From an uncultured Poribacteria bacterium (lineage in GTDB: Bacteria; Poribacteria; WGA-4E; WGA-3G), in the NCBI GenBank assembly GCA_958296135.2, contig CATQHZ020000001.1, forward strand, positions 160,001 through 224,000: 64,000 nucleotides of DNA, read 5' to 3'. The position numbers and the translations under genes are program-made. The notes under the pieces were generated by a model, which ran no database searches, had not been told where the DNA came from, and was given only the letters and a program-made list of their open reading frames with translations. Of this stretch, positions 37,860 to 46,697 are shown piece by piece (within the stretch, counting starts at the first letter, position 1; every line of letters starts with the position of its first letter).

Positions 37860-39584
37860 ATGTCACTCATTCATTTAGAACACGTCACGAAATTATATGA
37901 TCCGGCACTCATTTTGGACGATATTTCTGTCTCAATTGAGCACGGAGACCGGATTGGGTTAATTGGCCGTAACGGAACCGGAAAAACAACGTTAGTTAAA
38001 ATTATCGGGAGAGAGCTGCACGATTTTAAAGGGCGCGTTACCGCGTCAAAAGGATTGCGCATCGGCTACCTGAGTCAAGAGGCAGAGTTTGAGCACGACC
38101 GGACGCTGCGGCAGGAAATGCTGCAGGTGTTTGAGGCGCGGCGCACGCTAGAAGATGAGATGCTCCTGCTCGCAGAGGAAATGGAGATAGAAGATAACCC
38201 ATCGCTACTAGCGCAATATGCGCAGCTGCAGGAAAAGCACGAACGCCTCGGCGGCTATGACTATGAGGCTCAGATAAACCGAATCCTCGGCGGCTTGGGG
38301 TTCAGCGAATTGGATTTCACGCTACCCCTGCGGGTCCTCAGCGGCGGCCAGAAAAGCCGCGCGATGCTCGCAAAACTGCTCTTGGAAACACCAGACCTGT
38401 TGCTTTTTGACGAACCGACGAACCATCTCGACATCAACGGGATTCAGTGGCTCGAAAATTACCTGAATACCGAATACACCGGCGCGGTTCTTGTTGTGTC
38501 GCACGACAGGTATTTTTTAGATAAGGTTATTCGGAAGGTCTGGGAATTAGAGGCGCACTCCATCAAGATATACCGCGGGAATTATTCAAAATATGTGGAG
38601 ACCAAGGCGGTGGAGCAGTTAGTCGGCGCGCGCGCGTTCAAGAAGCAGGAGGCGTTTATCGCGCACGAGGAAGATTTTATCCGCCGCAACCTCGCAGGAC
38701 AGCGCACCCGCGAGGCACAAGGCAGACGCAAAAAATTGGCGCGGTTGGCGCGAGTTGAAAAACCGAGGGCTGACTCGCCGACACTCAAACTTGACTTTAC
38801 GCCGAAGACCCGAGGAGGGAATGATATTCTGCGATGCCAAAACGTCGGCAAACAGTTCGGCGATAAGGTGGTTTTCACGGGGCTGGATTGTGAAGTGTTC
38901 CGGCGCGATGTCATCGGGATCCTCGGCGCGAACGGCACCGGGAAAACGACGCTGTTCCGCATGATTTTAGGACAAGAATCGCCAACGCAGGGGGAACTCT
39001 GGGTAGGGCCAACGCTGAAGTTCGGGTATTACACACAAGAATTAGAAGGGCTCAATCCGGACAATGAAATCATTGAAGAGATTTCAGAGCACCGGCCGAA
39101 GTGGACACTAGGGGAACTCCGCAGTTTTTTAGCCCGGTTCCTCTTCATCGGCGATGAGGTGTTCAAACGGGTGGGTGATTTAAGCGGCGGCGAACAGAGC
39201 CGCGTGTCGCTCGCGAAGTTGCTGTTAGAGAACGCGAACGTCCTGCTACTCGATGAACCGACGAACCACTTGGACATCCCGGCGCGCGAGGCACTGGAAT
39301 CCGCACTCGCCGAGTATCCGGCCACGCTTTTCATCATCTCGCATGACAGGTATCTCTTGAACGCGCTCGCAACAAAACTGCTCATTTTTGAGAAGGGCAC
39401 CGCGGCCCTTTTTAAAGGCACCTACGCCGACTATGAGGCGCAACAGCAACAAACCGCCGTGAAAAAGGTGAGCGCGGAAGTTGCGCAGCAACCGCAGCCG
39501 AAACGCGTGCCACTCGCAAAACGGAAGTCAAAATCCAAGCGAAAACGACATATTAAGGCGCAACGTTTGATCGATAGCGATTAA
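37860..39584 (+). CDS. ABC-F family ATP-binding protein
   Basis: Two ABC cassettes (GRNGTGKT, LSGGQ, DEPTNHLD twice), no TM segments. Confidence 0.92.
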   Translation: MSLIHLEHVTKLYDPALILDDISVSIEHGDRIGLIGRNGTGKTTLVKIIGRELHDFKGRVTASKGLRIGYLSQEAEFEHDRTLRQEMLQVFEARRTLEDEMLLLAEEMEIEDNPSLLAQYAQLQEKHERLGGYDYEAQINRILGGLGFSELDFTLPLRVLSGGQKSRAMLAKLLLETPDLLLFDEPTNHLDINGIQWLENYLNTEYTGAVLVVSHDRYFLDKVIRKVWELEAHSIKIYRGNYSKYVETKAVEQLVGARAFKKQEAFIAHEEDFIRRNLAGQRTREAQGRRKKLARLARVEKPRADSPTLKLDFTPKTRGGNDILRCQNVGKQFGDKVVFTGLDCEVFRRDVIGILGANGTGKTTLFRMILGQESPTQGELWVGPTLKFGYYTQELEGLNPDNEIIEEISEHRPKWTLGELRSFLARFLFIGDEVFKRVGDLSGGEQSRVSLAKLLLENANVLLLDEPTNHLDIPAREALESALAEYPATLFIISHDRYLLNALATKLLIFEKGTAALFKGTYADYEAQQQQTAVKKVSAEVAQQPQPKRVPLAKRKSKSKRKRHIKAQRLIDSD

Positions 39585-39649
39585 AAAGGGCGGAAATTTT
39601 GAAAAATGCGCCGAATTTGTCAAAAAAGAGATGTTTTTTGCATTTTAAT

Positions 39650-39678
39650 TTGACATTCGGCGAAAAATCGTGTATAAT
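39650..39678 (+). promoter_or_regulatory. Consensus sigma70 promoter of marR-like gene
   Basis: TTGACA-17-TATAAT; imperfect inverted repeat 39610-39661 overlaps the -35. Confidence 0.7.
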
Positions 39679-39768
39679 TATATCGTATACGACGGATTTA
39701 CTTCGGATATAGGACGTTTTTTAGGTTCGGGCTGAAGTCTCGCTTCTAGCCCATATTGCGAGGAAAGG

Positions 39769-40632
39769 ATGTCTAAAGATAGGGAGTTTCATCAGGAAAT
39801 TGATGTTGTGATACGCGTGATGCGTCACGCGCAAGCAGCAGTCAAATCCCGGTTCATTCAGGAAGTCGTCCCCAATCGGCTGACGATTGTCCAATTCAAC
39901 GCGCTGCAACACTTGCACTGGTACGGACGTAATGCCGGCATGTCTGTCAGCGAATTAGGCGAGCACCTGGGGCTCGCGCATAATACCGCCTCCGGGCTCA
40001 TCGACCGGCTCGAACGGCACGGTTGGGTTGTCCGTCGTAAATGTCAAGAAGACCGGCGGCGGAGCCGCATTGAGCTCACACCGCAGGCTACGGAGCTTTT
40101 CCGTGAACAAGTGGAACATGCAACGAACTTTTGGCACTGCACCTTCGGGCAGCTCTCAGCCGAAGAGCAGACGAACCTGATTGAAAGCCTGAAACGGCTG
40201 AAGCAGGTGATGGCGCAACCAGTGTGGCCAAGTTACGCCCAGTTACACCCGCGCGATGCAGCGCATGTGCAAGAACGGTTTGAAACCGAACTTGACGCGC
40301 TCGCACAGGCGAAACTCAAACTCATCGGAATGCGGTTCATCCTCGCGCATCTCGCCGAACGGCGGAATGAACATGAACTCGCAGCATACCTGAATCAGGC
40401 AGCCTCCGAGGAAATTCGCCATACAAACCAGCTGTTTGCGACGCTCGGCCATGGAGAAAATTTCGAGACGCTCCTCGCCGCGCTCGTTCAGGAAGACCGG
40501 GTAGTCTACGAGGAAATGCTCTCCCTACTCGAAGGTGCACCGGATGCCCAAGAAAAGAGTGAGGAGATCACACTCCTCCAACAGATGGCTCAAGATAGCG
40601 AACGTTATAGCCGTTGGTTTCGCACGGCTTGA
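39769..40632 (+). CDS. MarR family regulator with C-terminal ferritin/rubrerythrin-like domain
   Basis: LTIVQF..L, SELGEHL, IDRLE..GWV.R..EDRR; C-terminal AASEEIRH. Confidence 0.75.
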   Translation: MSKDREFHQEIDVVIRVMRHAQAAVKSRFIQEVVPNRLTIVQFNALQHLHWYGRNAGMSVSELGEHLGLAHNTASGLIDRLERHGWVVRRKCQEDRRRSRIELTPQATELFREQVEHATNFWHCTFGQLSAEEQTNLIESLKRLKQVMAQPVWPSYAQLHPRDAAHVQERFETELDALAQAKLKLIGMRFILAHLAERRNEHELAAYLNQAASEEIRHTNQLFATLGHGENFETLLAALVQEDRVVYEEMLSLLEGAPDAQEKSEEITLLQQMAQDSERYSRWFRTA

Positions 40633-40904
40633 TTTCTTGTATTGGCGCAAAGCGTTCAAGGATAGTTTCTTGTGCAAAGCAAAGCCGTCTTCACAGTAGT
40701 CACAGAGAAGACTCGCCCGTTTTTGTCGCTTCACCTGAGAAGCTCAAAAACCGAAAACTAAATGTCTCTGTGTCGCCGGATAAGAAGGGCAAACAACCTA
40801 GTCATCATCAACGACGATGACGACAACGGGAAGACAACCGCCACAGCACCAGAAATCCCCGCCGAACGTCTTGCGAACCACAGAAAAGGTTTATAGAGGA
40901 AAAT

Positions 40905-41528
40905 ATGCAGTCCCAAAGCCCCGAAAGTCTCCCTCCAGAGTGTTACGATGATGCCGAACTGATTGAGCAGTTTCAGAACGGCGATACCGACGTGTTTGAC
41001 ACGCTTTTCACCCGATACCAGAAACGGACGTATCGCCTCGTGCAGCGGTTCGTCTCTAACCATGAAGATGCCCGCGATCTGACGCAAGACGCGTTCATCC
41101 GCGCCTACCAGGGGCTCGCTGATTTCAAGTGCCAGTGCCAGTTTTACAGCTGGCTCTACCGCATTACGGTGAATCTCTGTATCGATTTCTTACGGAAACA
41201 GGCGCGCTCGGAAGTGATGCTTTACGAGTCCGATGAATCCGAGGAATTGCCGATGGCAAGTGTCCCCGACCTACGCTCCGAATCGCCTTCCAAGGCACTG
41301 GAGAATAAGGAATTGCGGGCGCAACTTCGGAAAGCCATCCGGCGACTCCCGCCGAAGCAACGCCAGATCTTCACCTTGCGACACTGGGACGGGTTATCGC
41401 TGAAGGACATTGCGGCTACCGTCGGCCGGTCGGATGGAACCGTCAAGGCACATCTGTTCCATGCACACCGGAATCTCCGCAAACATCTGCGTTCTTACGT
41501 GCAGGAAGCCGGGCTGCTGTCAAAGTGA
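40905..41528 (+). CDS. ECF sigma-70 factor
   Basis: DARDLTQDAFIRAY, FYSWLYRITVN, LPPKQRQIF.LR, GTVK. Confidence 0.92.
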   Translation: MQSQSPESLPPECYDDAELIEQFQNGDTDVFDTLFTRYQKRTYRLVQRFVSNHEDARDLTQDAFIRAYQGLADFKCQCQFYSWLYRITVNLCIDFLRKQARSEVMLYESDESEELPMASVPDLRSESPSKALENKELRAQLRKAIRRLPPKQRQIFTLRHWDGLSLKDIAATVGRSDGTVKAHLFHAHRNLRKHLRSYVQEAGLLSK

Positions 41529-41559
41529 GTCGCCGCCCAGCAGGACAGAGCCATGCATA

Positions 41560-41585
41560 GGTAGAGCTCTCTCGAGAGCTCTACC
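41560..41585. repeat. Near-perfect palindrome (REP-like/possible terminator) between convergent genes
   Basis: ggtagagctctc-tc-gagagctctacc. Confidence 0.6.
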
Positions 41586-41602
41586 AACGAAGGGTATCTG
41601 GA

Positions 41603-42628
41603 CTACGTCTCTGTCCCTTCCGATGCGAAGAGGGCAGCGACGAAGTCGGCAGCGGCGAAATCGCGCAAATCGTCAAGCCGCTCGCCAATGCCGATGAGTT
41701 TGACAGGCGCACCGATTTCTGCCTTCACAGCAATGACGATGCCGCCCTTGGCAGTACCGTCTAGTTTCGTCACGGCGACACCGGTAATCGGCACTGCTTC
41801 GTTGAATACCTTCGCTTGTATGAGCGCGTTCTGTCCAACGGTGCCGTCGATGACGAGGAGCACTTCGTGCGGCGCGCCTTCATGCGCACGCCCCATGACG
41901 CGCCCGATCTTCGCAAGTTCATCCATCAGTGGTTTTTTCGTGTGTAACCTGCCAGCAGTGTCTACTATCAGCACGTCGGCATCGCGATGTTGCGCCGCGT
42001 GAACCGCGTCAAAAACGACAGATGCCGGTTCTGCCTGCTCGCCGCCCCGGATAAGTTCTGCGCCCGCCCGTTCACACCAGATAGCGAGCTGGTCTTCGGC
42101 TGCAGCGCGGAAGGTATCGCCTGCCGCAACGATGACGTGCTGGCCCTCCGACCGGAAGCGGCTCGCCAGTTTCCCTATCGTCGTCGTTTTCCCCGCGCCG
42201 TTCACACCGAGGACTAAAATGGTATACGGACTCTCGGCTGGCACGCAAGCGAGCGGCGTGTCTTCGCCGAGCAGGTTGAGAATCTCCGCTTTGAGCACGC
42301 TTTCCAATTCCGAGGCATCGCCCAACCCTTTCGCCTTGACCGCGGCTCTAACGTTGTCCATAAGTCTCAGCGTCGTTTCTACCCCGACATCCGATTGGAT
42401 GAGAATCTCTTCGATCTCCTCCATCAGTTCTTCGTCAATCTTCCTGCCTATTTGGAGGAGGCCTGAAAGTCGCGAGAAAAGCTGCTTTCGGGTTTTTGCC
42501 AAACTTGACTTAAGGCGTTGAAACCAGCCGCCTTGTTGCGCGCCGCTCTCCGGCGCGGCTTGAGACGAATCGCCACCCTCCGCCGCCGCGCGACTTTTAT
42601 CCCTGCGTTTCAATAAGTTTTTGAGCAT
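41603..42628 (-). CDS. ftsY: Signal recognition particle receptor FtsY
   Basis: GVNGAGKTTTIGKLA, DTFRAAA, DTAGR, TKLDGTAKGG. Confidence 0.96.
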   Translation of the reverse strand: MLKNLLKRRDKSRAAAEGGDSSQAAPESGAQQGGWFQRLKSSLAKTRKQLFSRLSGLLQIGRKIDEELMEEIEEILIQSDVGVETTLRLMDNVRAAVKAKGLGDASELESVLKAEILNLLGEDTPLACVPAESPYTILVLGVNGAGKTTTIGKLASRFRSEGQHVIVAAGDTFRAAAEDQLAIWCERAGAELIRGGEQAEPASVVFDAVHAAQHRDADVLIVDTAGRLHTKKPLMDELAKIGRVMGRAHEGAPHEVLLVIDGTVGQNALIQAKVFNEAVPITGVAVTKLDGTAKGGIVIAVKAEIGAPVKLIGIGERLDDLRDFAAADFVAALFASEGTET

Positions 42629-42950
42629 GCATGCATCTCCTTTTTGCCAATTTTAATGCCTATATGATATAATAACGTAACGGAATCCGAAAAGGCAAAC
42701 GAAAATGTGTCAGAAGCATGTAGTTTATCCCAGGGCTGGCGTTCGGGGCCGCAACCCGCCGATGTGAATCACATCGGGATTACGCACGCTCAGGCGAGCT
42801 GGGTTCCCTACAAAGGCAAAAATTTGAAAACTGAATCGCGCTGAAAATGTGTTGACTCGTTTGCACTTCCGGGCTATACTGAAGCAAGATAGGAAAAGAA
42901 ACCATGCCGATAAACGTGCTTTATGAAGTTTCAGTAATTAAGGGGCTCGG

Positions 42951-44497
42951 TGCAGTGGCGAGAACTCTATGAGAATCTAGCAGAACCTACCCTAATCTAT
43001 CTCCGATTTTTGCGCAGTGTCATTCGCAAAGCCGAATGACACATCTTCGGCATGCTTGGCTTTCGCAAGCATGCCTACGCAAAAATCGGCAGATGTGCAT
43101 TTTGACTTGCAGTCGGCTTGGATTTGTGGTAGAATATAGTTACCGTTGTGGGCGAGACATCCAAGCACGGCATCCCGCCGTGTCTCTCGCCCAACCTACC
43201 TTGGATGGAGGTTAACCAACGGCGAACGGTGACGCTCTATGACATTGAAAACGCATTTAATGGCGTTGGACCCGAATAATAAGCAGGCGACGCTGCTTGC
43301 AAAGCACTGCGGCTATGCCCGCGTGGCACGTAACCATGCGCTCTCGGAATTCAAGGCAGGACTCGACCGCGATGAATTCCTATCCGATATGGACTTGCGC
43401 AAACGGTTCAACGCCGTGAAAGATGAACGCTACCCGTGGTGCCGCGAGCTCAGTCAAAATGCATCGAAGAATGGGATTTGCAACCTCGGTGATGCAGTGA
43501 AACGCTGGATATCTAAACAAAACCGTTTCCCGCGCTATAAGAACCGATCTGGTAGGAGTTCCTACCAAGCTGACAACGGCGCAGGCACGGTAAAGGTGGA
43601 GAAAAAGCGTGTCAACCTTCCGAAGATAGGCTGGGTTCGGATGCGCGAGAAGTTGCGTTGGCGTGGCGAGATTCGGCGGTGTGTCGTCTCAAAACGTGCG
43701 GGCAGGTGGTTTCTATCGGTTCTCGTGAAGGTGGTTTCCGACAGTGCACCACGTGTGCGTTCTCCGCGCGGTCCTGTGCGTGTGGTTGGTGTCGATGTTG
43801 GCATCAAGACACTTGCTGTGACATCCGATGGTGTTGAGTTTGAAAACCCGAAGGCATTGTATCGATACCTGCGGAAGTTGCGGCGTGCGCAGCGTCAGCT
43901 CTCTCGTTCGGTTTACCGAAGCAGGAATTGGTATCGGAAGCAGGTGCGCGTGCAGCAGATTCACTATCGTATCTGCTGTCTGCGTGAGGATGCCCATCAC
44001 AAGGCAAGCACGGCGATTGTAAAGTCGGCTGACGTTCTCGGCATCGAGAGTCTTCGTGTGGCAGGCTTGTTGAAAAACCGCCGTCTTGCAAAGGCGTTGA
44101 GCGATGCGTCATTAAGTGGTTTCCTGACGATGCTTCGGTATAAGGCGGAGGCGCGTGGTGTTGAGATTATCGAAGCACCGTTGAACTTCCCGTCATCGAA
44201 GACGTGCAGTGCTTGCGGGAAGAAGAAGACGAAGTTGTCCCTCTCGGAGCGGACATATCACTGCGAGGCATGTGGCGCGGTCCTCGACCGCGACTTGAAT
44301 GCCGCGTATAATTTAAGAAACCTCGCCGCGAGCTTGACGGAGAGGGAAAACGGCTGCGGAGCGACTATAAGCCCTCATAGTAGGCACACCTCGTGTGTCT
44401 CGGAGGCACGCCGCATTGAAACAGCAACTACGACAGATAAGAGGACAGGTCAGCTTAGGATAGATTTGTCCAGAGGATCATAAGTTCTAGGGAGCGG
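42951..44497 (+). mobile_element. Non-autonomous IS607-like element carrying tnpB only
   Basis: Subterminal ~10-bp-period repeats at both ends in opposite orientation; GG at both junctions; no tnpA. Confidence 0.55.
43239..44483 (+). CDS. tnpB: RNA-guided endonuclease TnpB
   Basis: RuvC GVDVG / GIESL / DRDLNAA intact; Zn ribbon CSAC..CEAC; N-terminal LDPNNKQ..LAKHCG.AR. Confidence 0.92.
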   Translation: MTLKTHLMALDPNNKQATLLAKHCGYARVARNHALSEFKAGLDRDEFLSDMDLRKRFNAVKDERYPWCRELSQNASKNGICNLGDAVKRWISKQNRFPRYKNRSGRSSYQADNGAGTVKVEKKRVNLPKIGWVRMREKLRWRGEIRRCVVSKRAGRWFLSVLVKVVSDSAPRVRSPRGPVRVVGVDVGIKTLAVTSDGVEFENPKALYRYLRKLRRAQRQLSRSVYRSRNWYRKQVRVQQIHYRICCLREDAHHKASTAIVKSADVLGIESLRVAGLLKNRRLAKALSDASLSGFLTMLRYKAEARGVEIIEAPLNFPSSKTCSACGKKKTKLSLSERTYHCEACGAVLDRDLNAAYNLRNLAASLTERENGCGATISPHSRHTSCVSEARRIETATTTDKRTGQLRIDLSRGS

Positions 44498-44623
44498 TTA
44501 TTTTCGCAACGCGCGCACGCTTGTGAGTGTAAGGGCGGATGTCTCTAACCGCCCGCCGGGAATGCCTTGTTCCTTTTCTGAATCTTCATTTAGCACTTAA
44601 TATCTATAGGGAAGGACTCCGAT

Positions 44624-45193
44624 ATGCGAGAACAAGCATTGAAAGCGTTCGCGAGCATCTGGCTGTTGCTCTGCTTCGCAATTTTTAACGCCTGCGTGGA
44701 AGAAAGCCGCGTAGAAGAAATCATCGATGAAACCGAAATAGCAACCGAACCTGTCGCCCCTGAAGAGGGAGCGATACCTGTCGTCGCCTTGCCAGGACTC
44801 CCTAACGATGTCGCCGGGTATGAAGGCTGGCTCAAACTCAACGCCGAACCGATACCGCCGGCCGCTGGCGGGGACCCGCACCGCGGCACCAAAAACGTCT
44901 ATGTCAACCAAGCGCGGGATGCCATCGCACCGAATGGCGAGCAAGTGTTTCCCTATCCCCATGGCAGCATTGTCGTGAAGGAGGCATACCGCCCAGGCAA
45001 GGATTACATCGGACTCATCGCTATCATGCGGAAAATTGCCGGGAGCGATGCCGAGCACAACGACTGGAAGTTCGTCGAATACACCCGAAATGCACCCGAT
45101 GCCGAATTCAGCATCATCGCCGCCGACGGCATCTGTTGGGGATGCCACGCACGCGTGGAAGATATTGACTACGTCTTTACCGAATTGGATTAA
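44624..45193 (+). CDS. Cytochrome P460 family (lipo)protein
   Basis: C-terminal CWGCH...DYVF, GSIVVKE, IMRK..DWKF; signal with FNAC. Confidence 0.75.
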   Translation: MREQALKAFASIWLLLCFAIFNACVEESRVEEIIDETEIATEPVAPEEGAIPVVALPGLPNDVAGYEGWLKLNAEPIPPAAGGDPHRGTKNVYVNQARDAIAPNGEQVFPYPHGSIVVKEAYRPGKDYIGLIAIMRKIAGSDAEHNDWKFVEYTRNAPDAEFSIIAADGICWGCHARVEDIDYVFTELD

Positions 45194-45342
45194 TTTGTAT
45201 GGGCCCAAGGCGTTTGGTAAGAGGCCCCGGTTTGATACCGCTGTCTTAACCGCTCGCGATGCCTACGTTCCCGGTAGCGCGCCGATAGGAGCGCGACGGC
45301 TACCGCCGAACACATTGCGACATACAAAAAAGGAGACTATTT

Positions 45343-46506
45343 TTGAAGATATATCACAATTGGATGCGAAAGGCGACGCTATTCTTGCTGTGTGTCTGCT
45401 TGTGGGGCCCGAACGCCGCGAACGCACGCCCCGAATTCGCCACAGAATTGGATAAGGACTGCAACTTTTGTCACATCGACCCGGGCGGCGGCGGACCCCG
45501 CAACCGCATCGGCGAAATTTTTGAGGAGAACTACTTTGAATTCCCCGAAGATTTTGACATTGCGGCAGTAACTGAAGAAGCAACAGAAATCGTCAAGAAG
45601 CTGACAACGTCGCTTGATTTGCAGACAGCGTTCATCAAAACGATGCACGTTGACGACGAGGAAAACACCCTCGCCTCCTGTAATTCGTGTCACTCCTCTG
45701 TTGACCGGTTTCTGCTGATGCAAGCCGAGGTCACCTTCAACGCGCAGGCATCGGAGCACGTGCGGTTGACGCTCTCGAACAATGCCGGCACAACGCTCAA
45801 CGCCTTCGCAACGGTGGATGCGATTCCAAAGCATCTCTACGTCAAGGTAGGGCAGTTTCGTCTCCCGTTCGGCATCAAGCAGAAGGACCACAATATGCTC
45901 GTCCGCGAAGGCTATGGCATCGGTTCTAACAAACGGGATGTCGGCGTGGAACTCGCAGGCACGGCCGGCAACGTTTTCTATAACGCCGCGTTTTTTAACG
46001 GCGGAAACGCAGCAGCGAACGGCGTGCTGGCAACCCTCGGCAGTTCACTCGGCCCAATGCGTGCCGGGGTCTCGGGAATTGTTGAACAGACGACTGAAGA
46101 CTGGCACCGCCACATCGGCGTATTCCTGACAGCCGCTTATGCCGGGGTAAGTGTGGAAGGAGAGTTCAACTTTGGCAACCTTGGAGAAGTGGGCTCGTTC
46201 TCACCGGAAGAGGTCGACTCCAAAGGTTACTACATCGGCGCGAAATACCGCGTGCATCCGCGCCTCACCCTCGGCGGACGCTACGGCCTCTTTGACCCGG
46301 ATCGGACTCTCAAAGGCGATGCAGCGCAGCGAATCACGCTGAATGCGCAATACAATTTCATGGAAAACGGCGCGATTTCCCTCTTTTTCTGGGAAAATAT
46401 CGCTAACCCCGACCGGGGGGCAGACGAGACGATTCGCGATAAAGGCAGGTTACGACAACTCCAAGGCACAAACCAGTTGATTGTAATGTCACGCTTCTGG
46501 TTTTAA
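45343..46506 (+). CDS. Cyc2-like cytochrome c-porin fusion with two CxxCH motifs
   Basis: Signal peptide, RPEFA..CNFCH..N.IG..F..N.F, second CNSCH, VKVGQFRLPFG and amphipathic beta strands, terminal Phe. Confidence 0.65.
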   Translation: MKIYHNWMRKATLFLLCVCLWGPNAANARPEFATELDKDCNFCHIDPGGGGPRNRIGEIFEENYFEFPEDFDIAAVTEEATEIVKKLTTSLDLQTAFIKTMHVDDEENTLASCNSCHSSVDRFLLMQAEVTFNAQASEHVRLTLSNNAGTTLNAFATVDAIPKHLYVKVGQFRLPFGIKQKDHNMLVREGYGIGSNKRDVGVELAGTAGNVFYNAAFFNGGNAAANGVLATLGSSLGPMRAGVSGIVEQTTEDWHRHIGVFLTAAYAGVSVEGEFNFGNLGEVGSFSPEEVDSKGYYIGAKYRVHPRLTLGGRYGLFDPDRTLKGDAAQRITLNAQYNFMENGAISLFFWENIANPDRGADETIRDKGRLRQLQGTNQLIVMSRFWF

Positions 46507-46530
46507 TTTCTCGTCGGCGTTGCGTGGTCC

Positions 46531-46622
46531 TGTAGCGCGAGGGAGTCACTTTATCCCGTATCGCGAGGGAAAACCTGTCCCTCGCGTTTGCCCCGTATCG
46601 CGAGAGCCCGTCCCTCGCGCTC
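46531..46622. repeat. REP-like cluster
   Basis: Three gta(g/t)cgcgag..tccctcgcg-type units. Confidence 0.7.
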
Positions 46623-46697
46623 AATAATCACAGAAACTACGTCAGGAGGCGTGCTTGCAAGGCAAACGTTATCAAGCACCTTGCACCAATACGAAAA

